From the NCBI RefSeq assembly GCF_000150275.1, contig NW_002060944.1, forward strand, positions 2,394,152 to 2,458,151: DNA of 64,000 bases. The letters are read 5' to 3'. Shown one piece after another: positions 12,801-26,119 of the stretch. Every line of letters starts with the position of its first letter. Position 1 is the stretch's first letter. Position numbers and translations under genes: made by a program. Below the pieces are notes generated by a model. The model did no database searches, was not told where the DNA came from, and saw nothing but the letters and a program-made list of their open reading frames with translations. The DNA comes from Trichoplax adhaerens (taxonomy: Eukaryota > Animalia > Placozoa).

Positions 12801-14472
12801 TGAGTGTCATGAGCTCAAAAGAAGCAGAGAGCAGCTCGAATAAGTAAGTCTTTCATTAACGCGTGTCATCTCTGATGGTCATTTTTTAAATAATATTGTT
12901 GAGATTATAATGGTAGCTGTAATACATGATACATTTATTTAGAACAAGTAAAAGTAAGGGGGCAATCAAAACCGCTGATAACTTAGTAAGTATAAGCTAT
13001 ATGAATAAATATGAGTTATTATATGCTACGATTACACTTTAGAAATTTTAACGGTTTTTGTGGCAGTTTACATGAAATTATATAACTGTAGGCGTAATGC
13101 TCTATTTAATTGTTAAATCTATAATAGTATGGAAAGGAAAACGGGAAGAAACTGGTTAAACAACACAGTGAACCGCTCTATCCACAGTCAAAATCGCGTG
13201 CTAGTTTGCGTTCATCAAAAGAAGACGTAATACAACCATTTGTTTAACTACAGTAATATAGATTATGTTATCCCGATTTTATACGATCTTGTTTTTATTT
13301 AGGCCGTGATGAATGATGAAGTAGGACTACTAGATCTTATTCAACGCGTTCAAGGTAGCAGACTTGATGAGCAGCGTACAAAGTTACCGCCACAGAGTCG
13401 CGAAGGGATGATGGAAATGGTTGCAAGGTATTTTTAAATGCTTTATTTATCCGATATTGATTAAATTCTTGCTGATAGCGTCAATATATTGGTTTATACA
13501 TACGTTCTGAATCGTTGTTAGTGCCCAGGGTAGGCGAATGGATGAACAGCGCACTATGTTACCAACAGCGAGTGACAGCTCCGGAAAGTAAGTAGTGTTT
13601 ATGTATGAATAGTTAGAAAATTAAGATTTATAGCTATATTAAAATGCTCGTCTGTGCAACTAACAGTCAAGCAGATAATGCGAAGTTGCCTGGAAATCAG
13701 AGTGAAGAAATGTTCGATATGTTATTTAAGTAAGCCGTATCCCACGTTTGATCACACTTTCCTTGTTTCATTTTCATTGATGTATGCATTAGAGACGCAT
13801 AAATCAATATTTGTATCTTTTTTTCTTTCTTTAAAATAGATCTCAAGGCAAACGTCTTGACGAGCAACGAGTAAGTGCTTTCCATTTACCTGGTCTTAAT
13901 GACAATGGGGCTGCCAAAGTTAGGGAATTGTGGAAGAAGAAAAGAGAGAGCTTGGGTGAAACAAATTCAAATGAACCTGATAATGAATTCTTTGATATGC
14001 TTATGAAATGCCAGGTTTTAACAAATATACAAGTAGCAATTATTGTAATAATTATTTGAGTGTGTTTTTTATTCAGTTTAGAAGATTCATTAAAATAATT
14101 ACGTTAATTAGAATCGCAAATGTTATATGTTTATTTATGCATAGTGCTATAAAATGACGGAAAAGTATGATACGGTTCTTAAAGGGTTCTCCTTCTGTCA
14201 GTTATGTTCGTTGTTAAAGAATGTTGTAAATGCTGATATAACAATAAAAACGATGCTATTTTATGTTGATCCATTATAATCATTAACGCATGTTTGTTTC
14301 ATAGGCGTCACGAATTGATGAACAACGAGTTGAAGCTCACTTACAGATTTCTGCTCCTACGGTTCCGGATGATGATTTCTTCAAGTTAGTTATAAATGCT
14401 CAATCTGGTCGCATGGATGAACAACGATATGCGTTGCCTGAGCCTGGGTATCGGTCTCATACAGGAACATAA
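6843..14472 (+). CDS. GPSM2: G-protein signalling modulator (LGN/AGS3/Pins): N-terminal TPR repeats plus five GoLoco motifs
   Basis: Exon 1: SCIDLALEGERLCRAG...GTEDLKTLSAIYSQLGNAYFYL. Further TPR exons at about 10655-12843 (ALYNLGNIYHAKGK, RAYGNLGNTYYLL, RAYSNLGNA). GoLoco DEQR motifs at 13330-14430. Stop TAA at 14470-14472. Single pre-duplication homologue of GPSM1/2. Confidence 0.93.
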
Positions 14473-15318
14473 ATAACCTTACAGTTAATCTGGCATTAAA
14501 TATTAAAGTTTAACTAATGTATTTAAAGGCTTTTGCGTATGTATGCTAGAACGCCCTCCCAGAAATAGGCCTTTGTCTGAATGTAATATTAGTTTTAAAA
14601 TCTGCATGCTTTGACAAGATTAGTACAGTTTTTGGCCAATTGATATCTTTACTTCAGCATTGTTTGTCGAAGTATTTGCATAGGACCAATAACCATCATG
14701 ATATATATATAATTATACAATCAATGCAGTATGAGTTAGAAACTTTTAAACTACCACAGCCTTTCCATTAAAATATAAGTTTAAATTTTATCATAATGTT
14801 ATTTGAAGCCTTAAACATATTATATCTAACTCTGAAGTACCAGTAGAACCCTGTTTGCGATTAACTAAAATACTGTAACAAATATACCAAAGCATACGGT
14901 TATGGATGCAGTAAACTATAGCTAAAATATTTATTGGCGCGATTGTTTAAATTTAAATTAATAGTTGAATTCCCGCGAGAGTATTGCTCTAAATAGAATA
15001 AGACCTGTTAATACTTTATAAATATTCATGAACGGTTGCATTCTAATGTCGTAAGGTGAACAATTCCTGAAAAACTATATTTAAAATAAAATGTAGCGAT
15101 TTATTAGGTGATTTTACAAATACTTGATTGAACTCTACCAAGTTTTAAATAAATAAAATCTGAAATCTAATGGAATTTAAAGTAGCATTTGATTCTAACG
15201 TATCAATGCAAAAGCAGTATGTAATTTTGAGATTCATTTTTGATAATTTTATTATATTCGATACCAAAATTGCTATACGATTTTTTTTGGCAACAGTCAT
15301 ATATCAGTAAAAAATAGT

Positions 15319-18300
15319 TTAAAAATTATTAATAATTGGCAAAGGGTGTGCCTCAGTATTAAAAACATATTGATTAAGAGGCACGGGTTCTATCATTCTC
15401 CCTTCATCATCGTCATCAGAAAATAGTAAAAAGAGATATTTCAATGTTTCTGCTAAGAAGAAACTTTCTAATTTATCTCTATAACTGCCATGTTGCTTTA
15501 CTGAATTAAGACTTGAATATCCATTTTCTACACGGCATTCTTTTTCGAACGCCTTAAAAATATTCCATCCATAATTTTTATATTTCGGGTCACGCGTTAT
15601 TCTGTACAGTATGAACAAAGATTCAACGGTTTCTGGTCTTAATAGGTTATGGGCATCATTAGGCTAGCACAAACGCAAGTAAAAGCAGTTACATAAAAAA
15701 TAAAGAAGTTTCTCAAAATTGAATATTGCCTATAATTGCAAGATTATAATTATACTCGTATGTTATTGATTAGTTACGGAACTAATGATACGAACCTTGA
15801 CAATAATATCTTCGATCCCGTGTGGATTAGTATTAAAGTAAACAATTTCAGGGCTAAGTAACGTCGGCATTCGAGCATACATTTGATAACATGTTTCCGT
15901 TAATTCTTTTCCAATTTGTAGATGCTTAGCAGGTAAACCATTATGAGCTCCGAGTGCTAAATTACCGGCGAGAAAGCAAACCAAATGATCCTAATGAAAT
16001 AGATAAAATAATTTTTACATCTTTCAAGAAGTGAAAAGTCTGCAATTTTACGATTAATTATATTATTAGTATATCCCAATCGTAAATAGTTCAATCAATG
16101 TCTAGTTTTTAGAATAATGAGGAAATTTTATCTTAAATGCATTTGCTCTCACCATTTTGGGGCTAAATTGAGATCCGTGCATTTCTCCAACATAAGTCAG
16201 TTGGTTAGGAACAGATTTCTTGATCAAATGTTTTATAACACCATCCATGGCTTCTTCGTAATATTCCTTAAATCTGGAGGCAAACATTACCTTTTAGATA
16301 ACTCATTTGTCAATGGTGTAACGGAAGCAGATATAGCGACTAGATTACACAGCAACTGACCGAGTTTCCTGTTTATATGTTTGTAACCATTGCTTCAATA
16401 GATATTCATAATAGCTATCGCCTCTTGCACCTAAAGTAACAGTTCCAGATGTAAATTGGCCGGTATGTGTATTAATGTACATCGGGCAAAGTCCATCTTT
16501 CTTAGATAGCTTTTGAATCTTTGTTATTACATTATCAGCCAATCGCTAAATGACAGAAAAGGATTTCATGAGATCAAATGCCATAAATTTATCATTTTTG
16601 CAGGTAAATCGTAGCTAACAAAGCTATAGTTACTACGGGCAATACTTTGTAATTTTCGTCCTTAGTCAAGTAGGATAAATATCGAAACTCGAGCTGTATT
16701 GTTGAGACCTCTGAAAGACTGCTATCTCCGCCATATGATGGACCATGTGCAGTGCTACTACCTAAATTAACATCAGAATATGGTATTCCAGATGGGGTGT
16801 TGAAAGCTGGAAGCAAACGATGTCCTAATTCCTTCTACAAAGTCGTATATTTTAATTATTTAATTTTATTTAGTAATCAAAGATGACTCTGAGTTTACTA
16901 CGGTACAATTTCATCTTTATAAGATAAGCTTGGTTAGAGTTTTACCATGTAGGTATAATAAGTTAAAAAACTTTAGGGATTTGTTCTATATACTACCTTA
17001 GAGCGCACTTTTTCGATAAATTTATTATATTACTGTATATATATGGAGCTCCAATAATGCATTTGTCAACAAACAACACAATTTATTATGGATATACTAG
17101 TAGCTACTATTAAACCATACAATCATAATCGATAATTTGTCTTCCTATTTACGAGTTAGGAATGAAAAAATTTATAAATTTTGTAGTAAAATAGGTATTA
17201 CCCTTACATGATTAAAAAATTTATATTCGGTAAAATCCTTTAATGGATACAGTACTTACCGCTTGATTGAGAAAGACCTGATCTCCACTTATATTGTAAG
17301 CACTAAGCAATCCACCTAAAGCTCTGATAGTAATTTCAAATAAGTTTACATCGCGATTCTTGTTAAAAGTTAACTTATTAGCGATCCAATCACGAGCTTC
17401 AGAATATTCGTCCTTTAATCCCATAATCAAAATGGTATCTATAGAATCGACAATAGTCAAACCTATATCGAACCATGTACTATGACTGCGTGATATCGGC
17501 CGTAACTCATCATGGCCCCAAGCAAATTTTTTATATCCCTGCCATGCATGCTGAAATGCCTTCGCAACTTCCTTTTGTCTATCAGTTCTGTGGACTTTCC
17601 TATTTTAAGGTTACAAAATATATACGCGTAAATACATTATAGGGTAAGATAGCAATACAGTAATAGTAGTTATAAATTAGTCAATACATTGTGTTAATGT
17701 AACCAGTCGAGAAAACGTAAGTGTAGCTTACTAGTAATGATTATGTTACGGTCAATCCCCGAGAACCGGCCATTCCCTATGACTGACCGAGCAACTAGCT
17801 ATTAACTCGGTCAATCCCTATGAATGGCCGAGTAACTGATCACCAATTTGGTCAATCATATATGATAGTAAAGAATACGTATTTAAAACTAAAAGTTTCC
17901 GGATATCAGCCTGACAGATTGCCTGAGGGTGTAAATCAAGGACTTCTAAGAGGAATTTCTTCGAAGTCTCTGGTATAAAGCGTGTAATAAATAAATGAAT
18001 AGCACGTCTCCGTTGACTACAGTATAATAGGTATTATACAGATCGCTTAGCAACTTCGAACTAAAAGAATTGCTAATATTTGAGTAAAAATTTACCAATA
18101 CAGAGTAATTTCGGAATTAAACATTAGGGTGAATATAGTGTACAAGTTTAACTGCAATTACTGCATTCTACTATTATAGCATATACTAAAACAATTCTGA
18201 ATATTTAAACAGTGGCTAAATTTTTATAGCTTTTGGTTATCTCCATTAAATTAAAGCAAAAAATATTGAATTACGCCTGTAAACCTTTTTGAAGAAACCG

Positions 18301-18872
18301 AAATAATAGAATGATATACTATGATAATCACTTTTTGAGTACGTAGTATTGTTTTATAGTATTTAATTGAGTATGAATACAATTCTTAAGGCTTTAATAC
18401 CCAGTTTTACCGCAATTACGGTCCTTATTTTACTTGATTATAAATTTTTTTGTAAGGAATAGGAAGTACTTTTAATTTAGTTAGTGGACGACATTGTACT
18501 GAAATTGACTTGCGAGTATCACTTTTAACATACTATAGTACAGCATAAAGGATAAGCATTGTATTACCATTGCCTAATATTATCTAGCCAACTGCTAGTC
18601 CTTTTACTCATTTTTGGCGGCGAATCGCTGACAATTTGCTCGCTGTTTGTATCAGATAAATGAGGATGCATAGGGCGCACAGGTCGATTTACGAGAATCT
18701 TTTCAGGGTTGTTAGTTTTATATCTTGATTTACCGGCTGCTTTATCGCGGCGAATATCTTCCATTATTCGCTGAGTATCAAGTTGAACGTTATTGCTTGA
18801 TACTTTTACAATGGCTAGCATAACCAATGCAATAGTACCACATATAGCGATAAATCTTTGAAAGCTAGACAT
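15319..18872 (-). CDS. MAN1B1: ER mannosyl-oligosaccharide alpha-1,2-mannosidase (GH47), type II membrane protein
   Basis: TM anchor [18 protein letters not shown]47 motifs: [99 protein letters not shown]. The true start may lie in an upstream exon. Confidence 0.92.
17749..17860. repeat. Degenerate short tandem repeat (ggtcaatccctatgaatggccgag-like units) in a MAN1B1 intron
   Basis: ggtcaatcc/ggccattcc recurs at about 17750, 17768, 17809 and 17849, with a period of about 41 bp for the last three copies. Confidence 0.6.
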
Positions 18873-21800
18873 TCGGTTCCATGCCTGATAAATATAAGGA
18901 GCTGATTACTATTTATACCTAATAAATACAATAAAACTCGCGTAAAAGCAGTAAAATTTAGATAACAGCTAAATATATTTAGAAGTTTTCATTCAATTTA
19001 AGCTCGGTCTCATCCGTCATAATTTGCTCTCACTATATCAAGTACTCCTAGCATAGTGAACGTACATACCGTACTATCCACGAAGACTCGCCTCGATCAT
19101 TCGCATCGAGCGAGCAAGATAGGCAATGCTAAAGTTATCTTACAAAAAACATGTGGCGGTATAACACTTGCCCTGAAACGGAACAATAACTATAGTCTAC
19201 GAACCACAGGATTATAACGAGAACAAAAGTAAAGTCTTAGCAGATGGTAATTTATTATCATATAAGAAAGGAAGATCCATTAGGCTAAAGGGTATTATAA
19301 AGCTCGCATAGATTATAATAATTTATGAATACAGTTTAGCGAAGCCATACTCAAGATAAATTGTAAACTGTTATTGCTATATCTACGAGCACTACGTGGT
19401 ATTTATGCTAGCGATAAATCATTTTTAAAAGAGCTAACAGTTGAAGTTAATATTTTATTTACAGTACAATTAGCGAAAATTAATTATGCGTATAGTATAA
19501 ACAAAAAAGTTTTAAAGACAAAAAGTAGAAATCCAGACTGTTTACCTAGAAAAGTGTTGCTTTATAGAATTTATTATCGGAGGTGGTGATTTTTTTATCT
19601 CGAATAAAAAAGATATGACGAATAGTAGCTTTTTTAATGGATAGTAAAGGAGAAAAAGTAAGTGACTTAACCAACTTCAACTGCGATCAATTACGCATTA
19701 GCTGATTTCGATTAGACGCCGTATTTACATTAAACAGTGAAAGTAGAGACGCTGAGGGCCGAAAGAAGATATACTAAGATACTAAGTTAGTTAATTTCAA
19801 TTGTAATCAATAGGACGTTGATTGATTTCGATTGGTGATACTGTACGTGGATTTTATAGTGAAAATAGACATAAGGAGGGTCCGTAATATAAGGTACAGT
19901 AGAATATTTAAGTGAACATGAGGATTTTTACTGCATGTAAGTGTATGCTATCGAGAGTAAATCTGCCTGCTGTAACTTTGGAGTTGAGATAATGAAGATA
20001 GCGGTGCAATGGCATTTAAGTGCGATAATACTGTTGGGTATTGCGGAAATGTAGTATCTGAGAGAATATCCTGAATCTGGATTTTACGTTTTAGGCCATA
20101 AATTATCTTTTACAATATTTAAATGTTAACATATAATCAAAGTAATTCATGATAGATTATTTTAACATAATAACTGATACTTATACAGTAGCACTACAAC
20201 CACAATTAGTTTAATGAAATATAATATTGCGGTGAATCATTCAAAATCTACGTATTCCTAATGGTGTATAATATATATATATAATTATATAGTATTATGT
20301 CAAACAGTCGTAATCATTTTGTAATTTTTTAAAACACTTTAGAAGGCTCTGTAACTAGGACAAATTCAGTACAGTATAGTGTAAATAGGACCAGGTTAGT
20401 AATAATTTAATAGATACTTAATGCTAGTGCTGTACAGCTACGGATCACTAGTGGTCCATGGTCCAGTGGATGGCATAGGTTGTATAATATGAATATAACA
20501 TAGTTGATGACATAGACAATGAGCTGGTACATCGTCATCAGGAACAAGTTGTTTAACTGAAAATGCCCTCATTTAGTGTGCCGTATAACAGTACGTTTGC
20601 TTCGTGTCACATTTTGGATAAGAATTACAATTGGGGTAGTGTACAGATTATACTGCATGTACACCTGTGCAAGTCCGGTCTTTCAACTATTAAAGATGGA
20701 GACTATACGCGGAAAGTATTGTCAATATAAAATAGCGTAGATAGTTAGAATGTTAAGTAGTTGATAGCGAGATTTATGCAAGACTCGAGATATGACGTGT
20801 GTAGTGTAGAGACCCTTAGAGAGGGTCTCTAGTTTACTGTATAAACGTTCACGTTAAAATATTGCACAAGCCTGAAGAATTCATACTAAATTTATAACTT
20901 CTGAGCATTTTATTGGCAAACCATCGGCTTACAGCATTAAGTATTTTTTAAAGTTGCTTGCATGAAATGTATAACAAAGTCCTTAAGTAGCTCCAAAAGT
21001 TATTTGCAGTAATGAATAATAAATGTACTTATTTCCGTACGGATGTAAATCGTAGTGTAGAGAATATGCTACATACTATACCGTAAATATATAGTCATGA
21101 AATACGCGTATTTCATGTTAACTGTTATTGCAAGAAGTTAGTATTGAGATTTAAGACTTCCAAAGTAGCAACTTGGTTAAGAACGAAAATCTACATTACC
21201 TGAGAATTACGAGTAACTTAATTGGTCGTTCACTTACCCTTTTCAAAGATACTGGTCGTCTGGATTTACTGTTATAATAATCCGCATCAACTTGCTTGAT
21301 ATCCATACCGATAAATTCTCGTTGGTTCGAGGTATATTTATTCATAGTGTTTAAAATGTTCAATTAACGTTATACGAGTAATGATACAGTAATACGCGTA
21401 AGCCTGACTGTTTCAACTTTTTTATATGGTATTAATATTCGAGAACAAAATTCTGAAAATAAACCACCAATAATCTATAAGCTATATTCAGTTTCAACTA
21501 GAGATACTATGTGTATTTATGCTCTACTGTACTCTTCTCAATTGATAGCAAAACAACTTATTGCACAGAATTTATAAATAGATAATATGTTTTGATCAAG
21601 TGATCAATGAAAGAGCTGCAACTAGGTATCCTGCAGGTTAACTTTGTGGTCTTCGTTTGCGTAGTGTTAATCGGAGTGAACAGTCTTTAGGCGTTATATT
21701 AACCGACATTAATATGCAAGCAAAATTGAGTCGTTGCCTCCACCAACGCTTTCAACTGCTAAAACTGTCTTTCTTTAGTGAGCAGGTATCTCGATGATGA

Positions 21801-24800
21801 TTCTAGATTTACACTAAGTATAGTAGTAGAGTAAGTAGCCAAGTTAAAAATCGAAGAGGCCGAACCAGTTTCCATCTGGTTTTACGTAGTATAATACAGC
21901 ACAGTTCTGTACATTGAGTACAATCCAACACAGTAATAAGACTATAGGACGATTGATACGGGTCGGATTAGGTTCAATCGGCTAAGAGCTGTCGTTACTG
22001 TAGTGTACAGTACGAATTAGTAGGCAGTAAAGATATAAATCTCTAGGTTTCCTTCCGGTAGTCCATCCAGCTCTAGTGCACAATGCACAATACTTGTCGA
22101 CGTGTCATGCACACTTGCATAGTTGAGGTTTTCATACTGCACGTAGGTCTGGTCTACAAAGAATGCAAAGATTGTACAATGTACAGTACTGTACTGTACT
22201 GTACCGTAAGAAGTCAATAAGTTTAGTATGAAGAAAAGCCTTGAATTTAAAATTTTACCCTCTACTGTACAGTGTACACTACTGCAGATTCACACGCGTT
22301 GAAGATTAGGATAGAGAGAACATTACTGTATTGCCAATTTTAACAAGGAATTGTCACGTCTCTCTGTCTCGTTACTCTAAAGTAATAATATAAAAAGTAA
22401 CGTTCGATCGAATAATAATATAACAATAAACACACAGTAAGTCAGCAAGTGTTCTGAGATTGCCTCTCAGGTAGCCCTGGAGGCATTAGGTGCATGACTT
22501 TTCAGAGTCTTTAGAGTTATCACAGATATCATCGTTCAGGTTCAGAATGGCTCCAAATATTTTTATCCATGTACCTATTTTTGGCGGAGATGTTAACGGG
22601 GCCTTAGTGCATATTATTTACTACAGTATAAATAACGTATATAATGAATAGTACAGTACAATAATAATGGTGCACTTATGGCACGAAAGGGGTACTAAGA
22701 CTTTACGAAAGCACTATGAAGCAGACACCGTACTTTAGTAATGCATAAAAGGTTGACGGCTAATAATGTTATCCAATGGTATCTGTATCTCAGATTATTT
22801 AATTATTATCCACGCTAAAGATCCTGAAAGAATAGTCTAGATCATACATACTTTACACGCATCCAATTTTATATACTGTATGTCAAATTCTTTTCACTCA
22901 TACGTACGCGTAGATCATCGATGACAACATATGTACGTGTACTGCATGCGCATGGCTTGATGTAATTAATTTAATTTAATATACAGTTAATTGAAATCTG
23001 GTCAACGATCTTGATTCGATAGTTTTTATTGAGTAATCACTACCTACCAACAACATTCTTTTCGTTATTATGACATTTGTTCCGTCCTGCTTTAAATCTA
23101 CAAATCAATGAATTTCGTCTGAATGCCCTCATAATAACGGTATTATTCTCAAATTAACATGATAATAACCTATATACAAGTATATGTATGCCATATACTA
23201 TAGTACGCCTTTGCATATAACAATCAATATTATACTGTACATGCTAATATATTACGATTACATTGTAATTTTGGAATTCATTAATTTCTAAATATACCAT
23301 GACTTCTCCTATAGCCTTAGGTGGCTTAACCTCAATTGTAATTTGCAACGTTAGTTTATTATTTTAATTTGTATCTTATTGGAGAGTATTAGCTGCTATC
23401 AATTTACCTACGTATCTATGCCAGTTGTTGTTCTCGTATTTTCTATTAATGCTACACTATGCTTGACGATATGTAAGAGAGATCTTTTTGCAGATATTAT
23501 ACATCTTATATGCAGCAACTTAACGACGACTGATCGTTGAAATAGCGATAATTGGATCAATATCATAGAAAATAAATGTATAAGTAGAAACGATAATGAT
23601 GTAAGTTTACCCTTAATTTGATTAGTTTTGTTAATTGTTACGACGCAGATTGCTGTAAGTATTCTGAATATGTGATTGTTAGTATACAGAATGTTTTAAA
23701 AAATTAGAATTATCATATAGACTTCATTAATTTCCGAATTCTCTTGACACCAGTTCAAGAAACTAATACACTCAGAGCGATTTAAAAATGAATCGAACAT
23801 CTGCTAGTGTATCAGATAAATAATCGCTTTTAACTAATACATTTTCTTTCATAAATTTTAGTCATAAAACGGATTTCATCATATCTAAAATTAAAACTAT
23901 AAATAGAAAAAATTGGTAGCATATACATGTCTTAATGTTTATGCTATACAGTATTTCGTTGTATTTATTAAAATGGACGAACTTTTGACAATAGCTCATA
24001 ATTACTTCAATGATGGCAGACTTCTAGATTTTCTTATAAAGTATGAAATCTTACGTACGAATGAATAGATAAAAACCATATTTTCTAAATTGCTGTAGTT
24101 TTAAAATGAAATCAATCTTCAACTACAGGTATATCAAAGGAGATAACTTATATGACTACCAGACGAATATCTGAATTGTCACTAAACTACTACAAGAGTT
24201 TATCGAGAGTAGTAAACATAGTCGTTACTGATCTTAATTTTTATGAAAAATTAATTGAGCTTTGCAACCACCTGCTCATATTTAAGTTCCCAGAAAATGA
24301 TCAAGACACAGATTTAACGTTATATTCATTGAATTGTCAAGATTTATTTGATTATTTGACAAAAAACTGTTGATGTAATTGTAGTTTATTTAACATGCCT
24401 TCTTTTTAAGTAGTGTTAATTTATCTCTCCACAATGAAATTACCAAGCATTAGTAAAGAGATAACCTTAACGATAATCTTCAAGAAAGAGCGAAGTAAAT
24501 GTATAATTGCAGCAATTAATTTCAATGTGAATGAGAATAGGATAGACGAGGCACTCTTAACCTATTCTATTTCCGTTTAGATGTTCCTCTCTATATATCT
24601 ACGCGTACTTATACTACAGCAATTAAGCTTCGATTACCGGCAATACATTAATTTAATTTTATATACAACATAACTTTCTTCTCGTACATTAGATTCTTAA
24701 TTAAAGGATATGTTTATGGCTAAGTACATGGAATCAATGTTGCATGATAAAAGCGAATTTGAATTTTCTTATAAATTAGTTTTATTATATCGTAAACCTA

Positions 24801-26119
24801 ATTAGCAACAAGTCTGTAATATATACTGTATGCTATAAATTTTAAAAATGATTTGCATAGAATAGCGTATATATTACTTCTATTACATGAACATAGCTAT
24901 CAAAAAAATAGGTGGATATTTCATTAATATAGATTAAACTCTACGTACTTACATAATCTGATAAAAGTTTCCAAAATATTTTTCAATGTCAGTTGAATTC
25001 TTTTCGTCCAATTGGATATTACTATCAACAACAGAATGCGTATATAAATTATATACTCGAACGCATATTTTGTCAAATTTGTGTAATTACATACGTAGCG
25101 TATGCTATTGTCAGAGTATGAATTAATCAACTCATAAGATGTTTTTATATTGCTCTAGTAATTTTTAGTAACCATGACAGTTAAAGGGTAAGATATGATT
25201 CCAAGATTAGTTCCATAATTTGATTTAAATTTATCATTTAATACTTGGATAATTAATACATGCGAAAACCGATACAGTAATCTATTAACACTGAAGCATA
25301 GAACTGTGGGGCTTACATAGAGATTAACAGTATAACCGCTAGTTCATTTCTCTATATCGGACACTACTCTAAATTTAAACTTCAAGGATTTAACTGATCC
25401 TTCGAAATGGCAGGACGTCCATTCTTTGCTATTATTAACAATATGGGCGTCTTTGTTGACGATTCAGTAACGTCTATAGAGTAACATGTAATAATACATA
25501 CGCTCAACAAGTGGTGTTTTCTTCCAACTAATGGCATTAAATATTAAGTTAAATTTTATTAGTAAGTAAGCTTAAGTTTATAGCACTATTCTTATATTTA
25601 TTAAATCATAACCGTCAGCCTCAGCATTCTCATCCAATTGTATCATTTTCGTTGAAATTATTGCCATAGTTTTGAATATTTTATCACTAGATTATCACTA
25701 CGTATTCCATTACTCAGTTAAAAAGATAAAGGCCATACTGTCGTTTCTAACCATTTTCATTCGCTACTGTAGTGAAATCAAAATTTATGCAAGAGATACC
25801 ATAGTTGATGGACTGTCATACTTGATCAATTTATTGTTTGTTTGTTTAAATCATAAAGTAATGACTTCTACTTGTATTAAGTTATCGAATATTTTACTGT
25901 TGTAGGACTGCTATCAGTCGTGGATGGATAGTCAGTTAAGATTATCGTAATTTGCCGATATATGCCTAAATTTAATCAATATTTAAACGAGAGAAAGATC
26001 GTTCGCAGAGCCATGTTTACGGCCTTGCTCGCCGACTTTTAGATGAAACGCAATACATTAATCCAATATCAAAAGAAGATTGCGAAAAAGGATTACATCT
26101 AAGACTTCAGATTAATAAA

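Noticed and set aside
21955-21990. GGTTCAATC (tRNA T-loop-like) motif; also a TGGCTCAG A-box-like motif near 7902
   Set aside because: No cloverleaf or paired A and B boxes could be built. No tRNA or rRNA genes are supported in this window.
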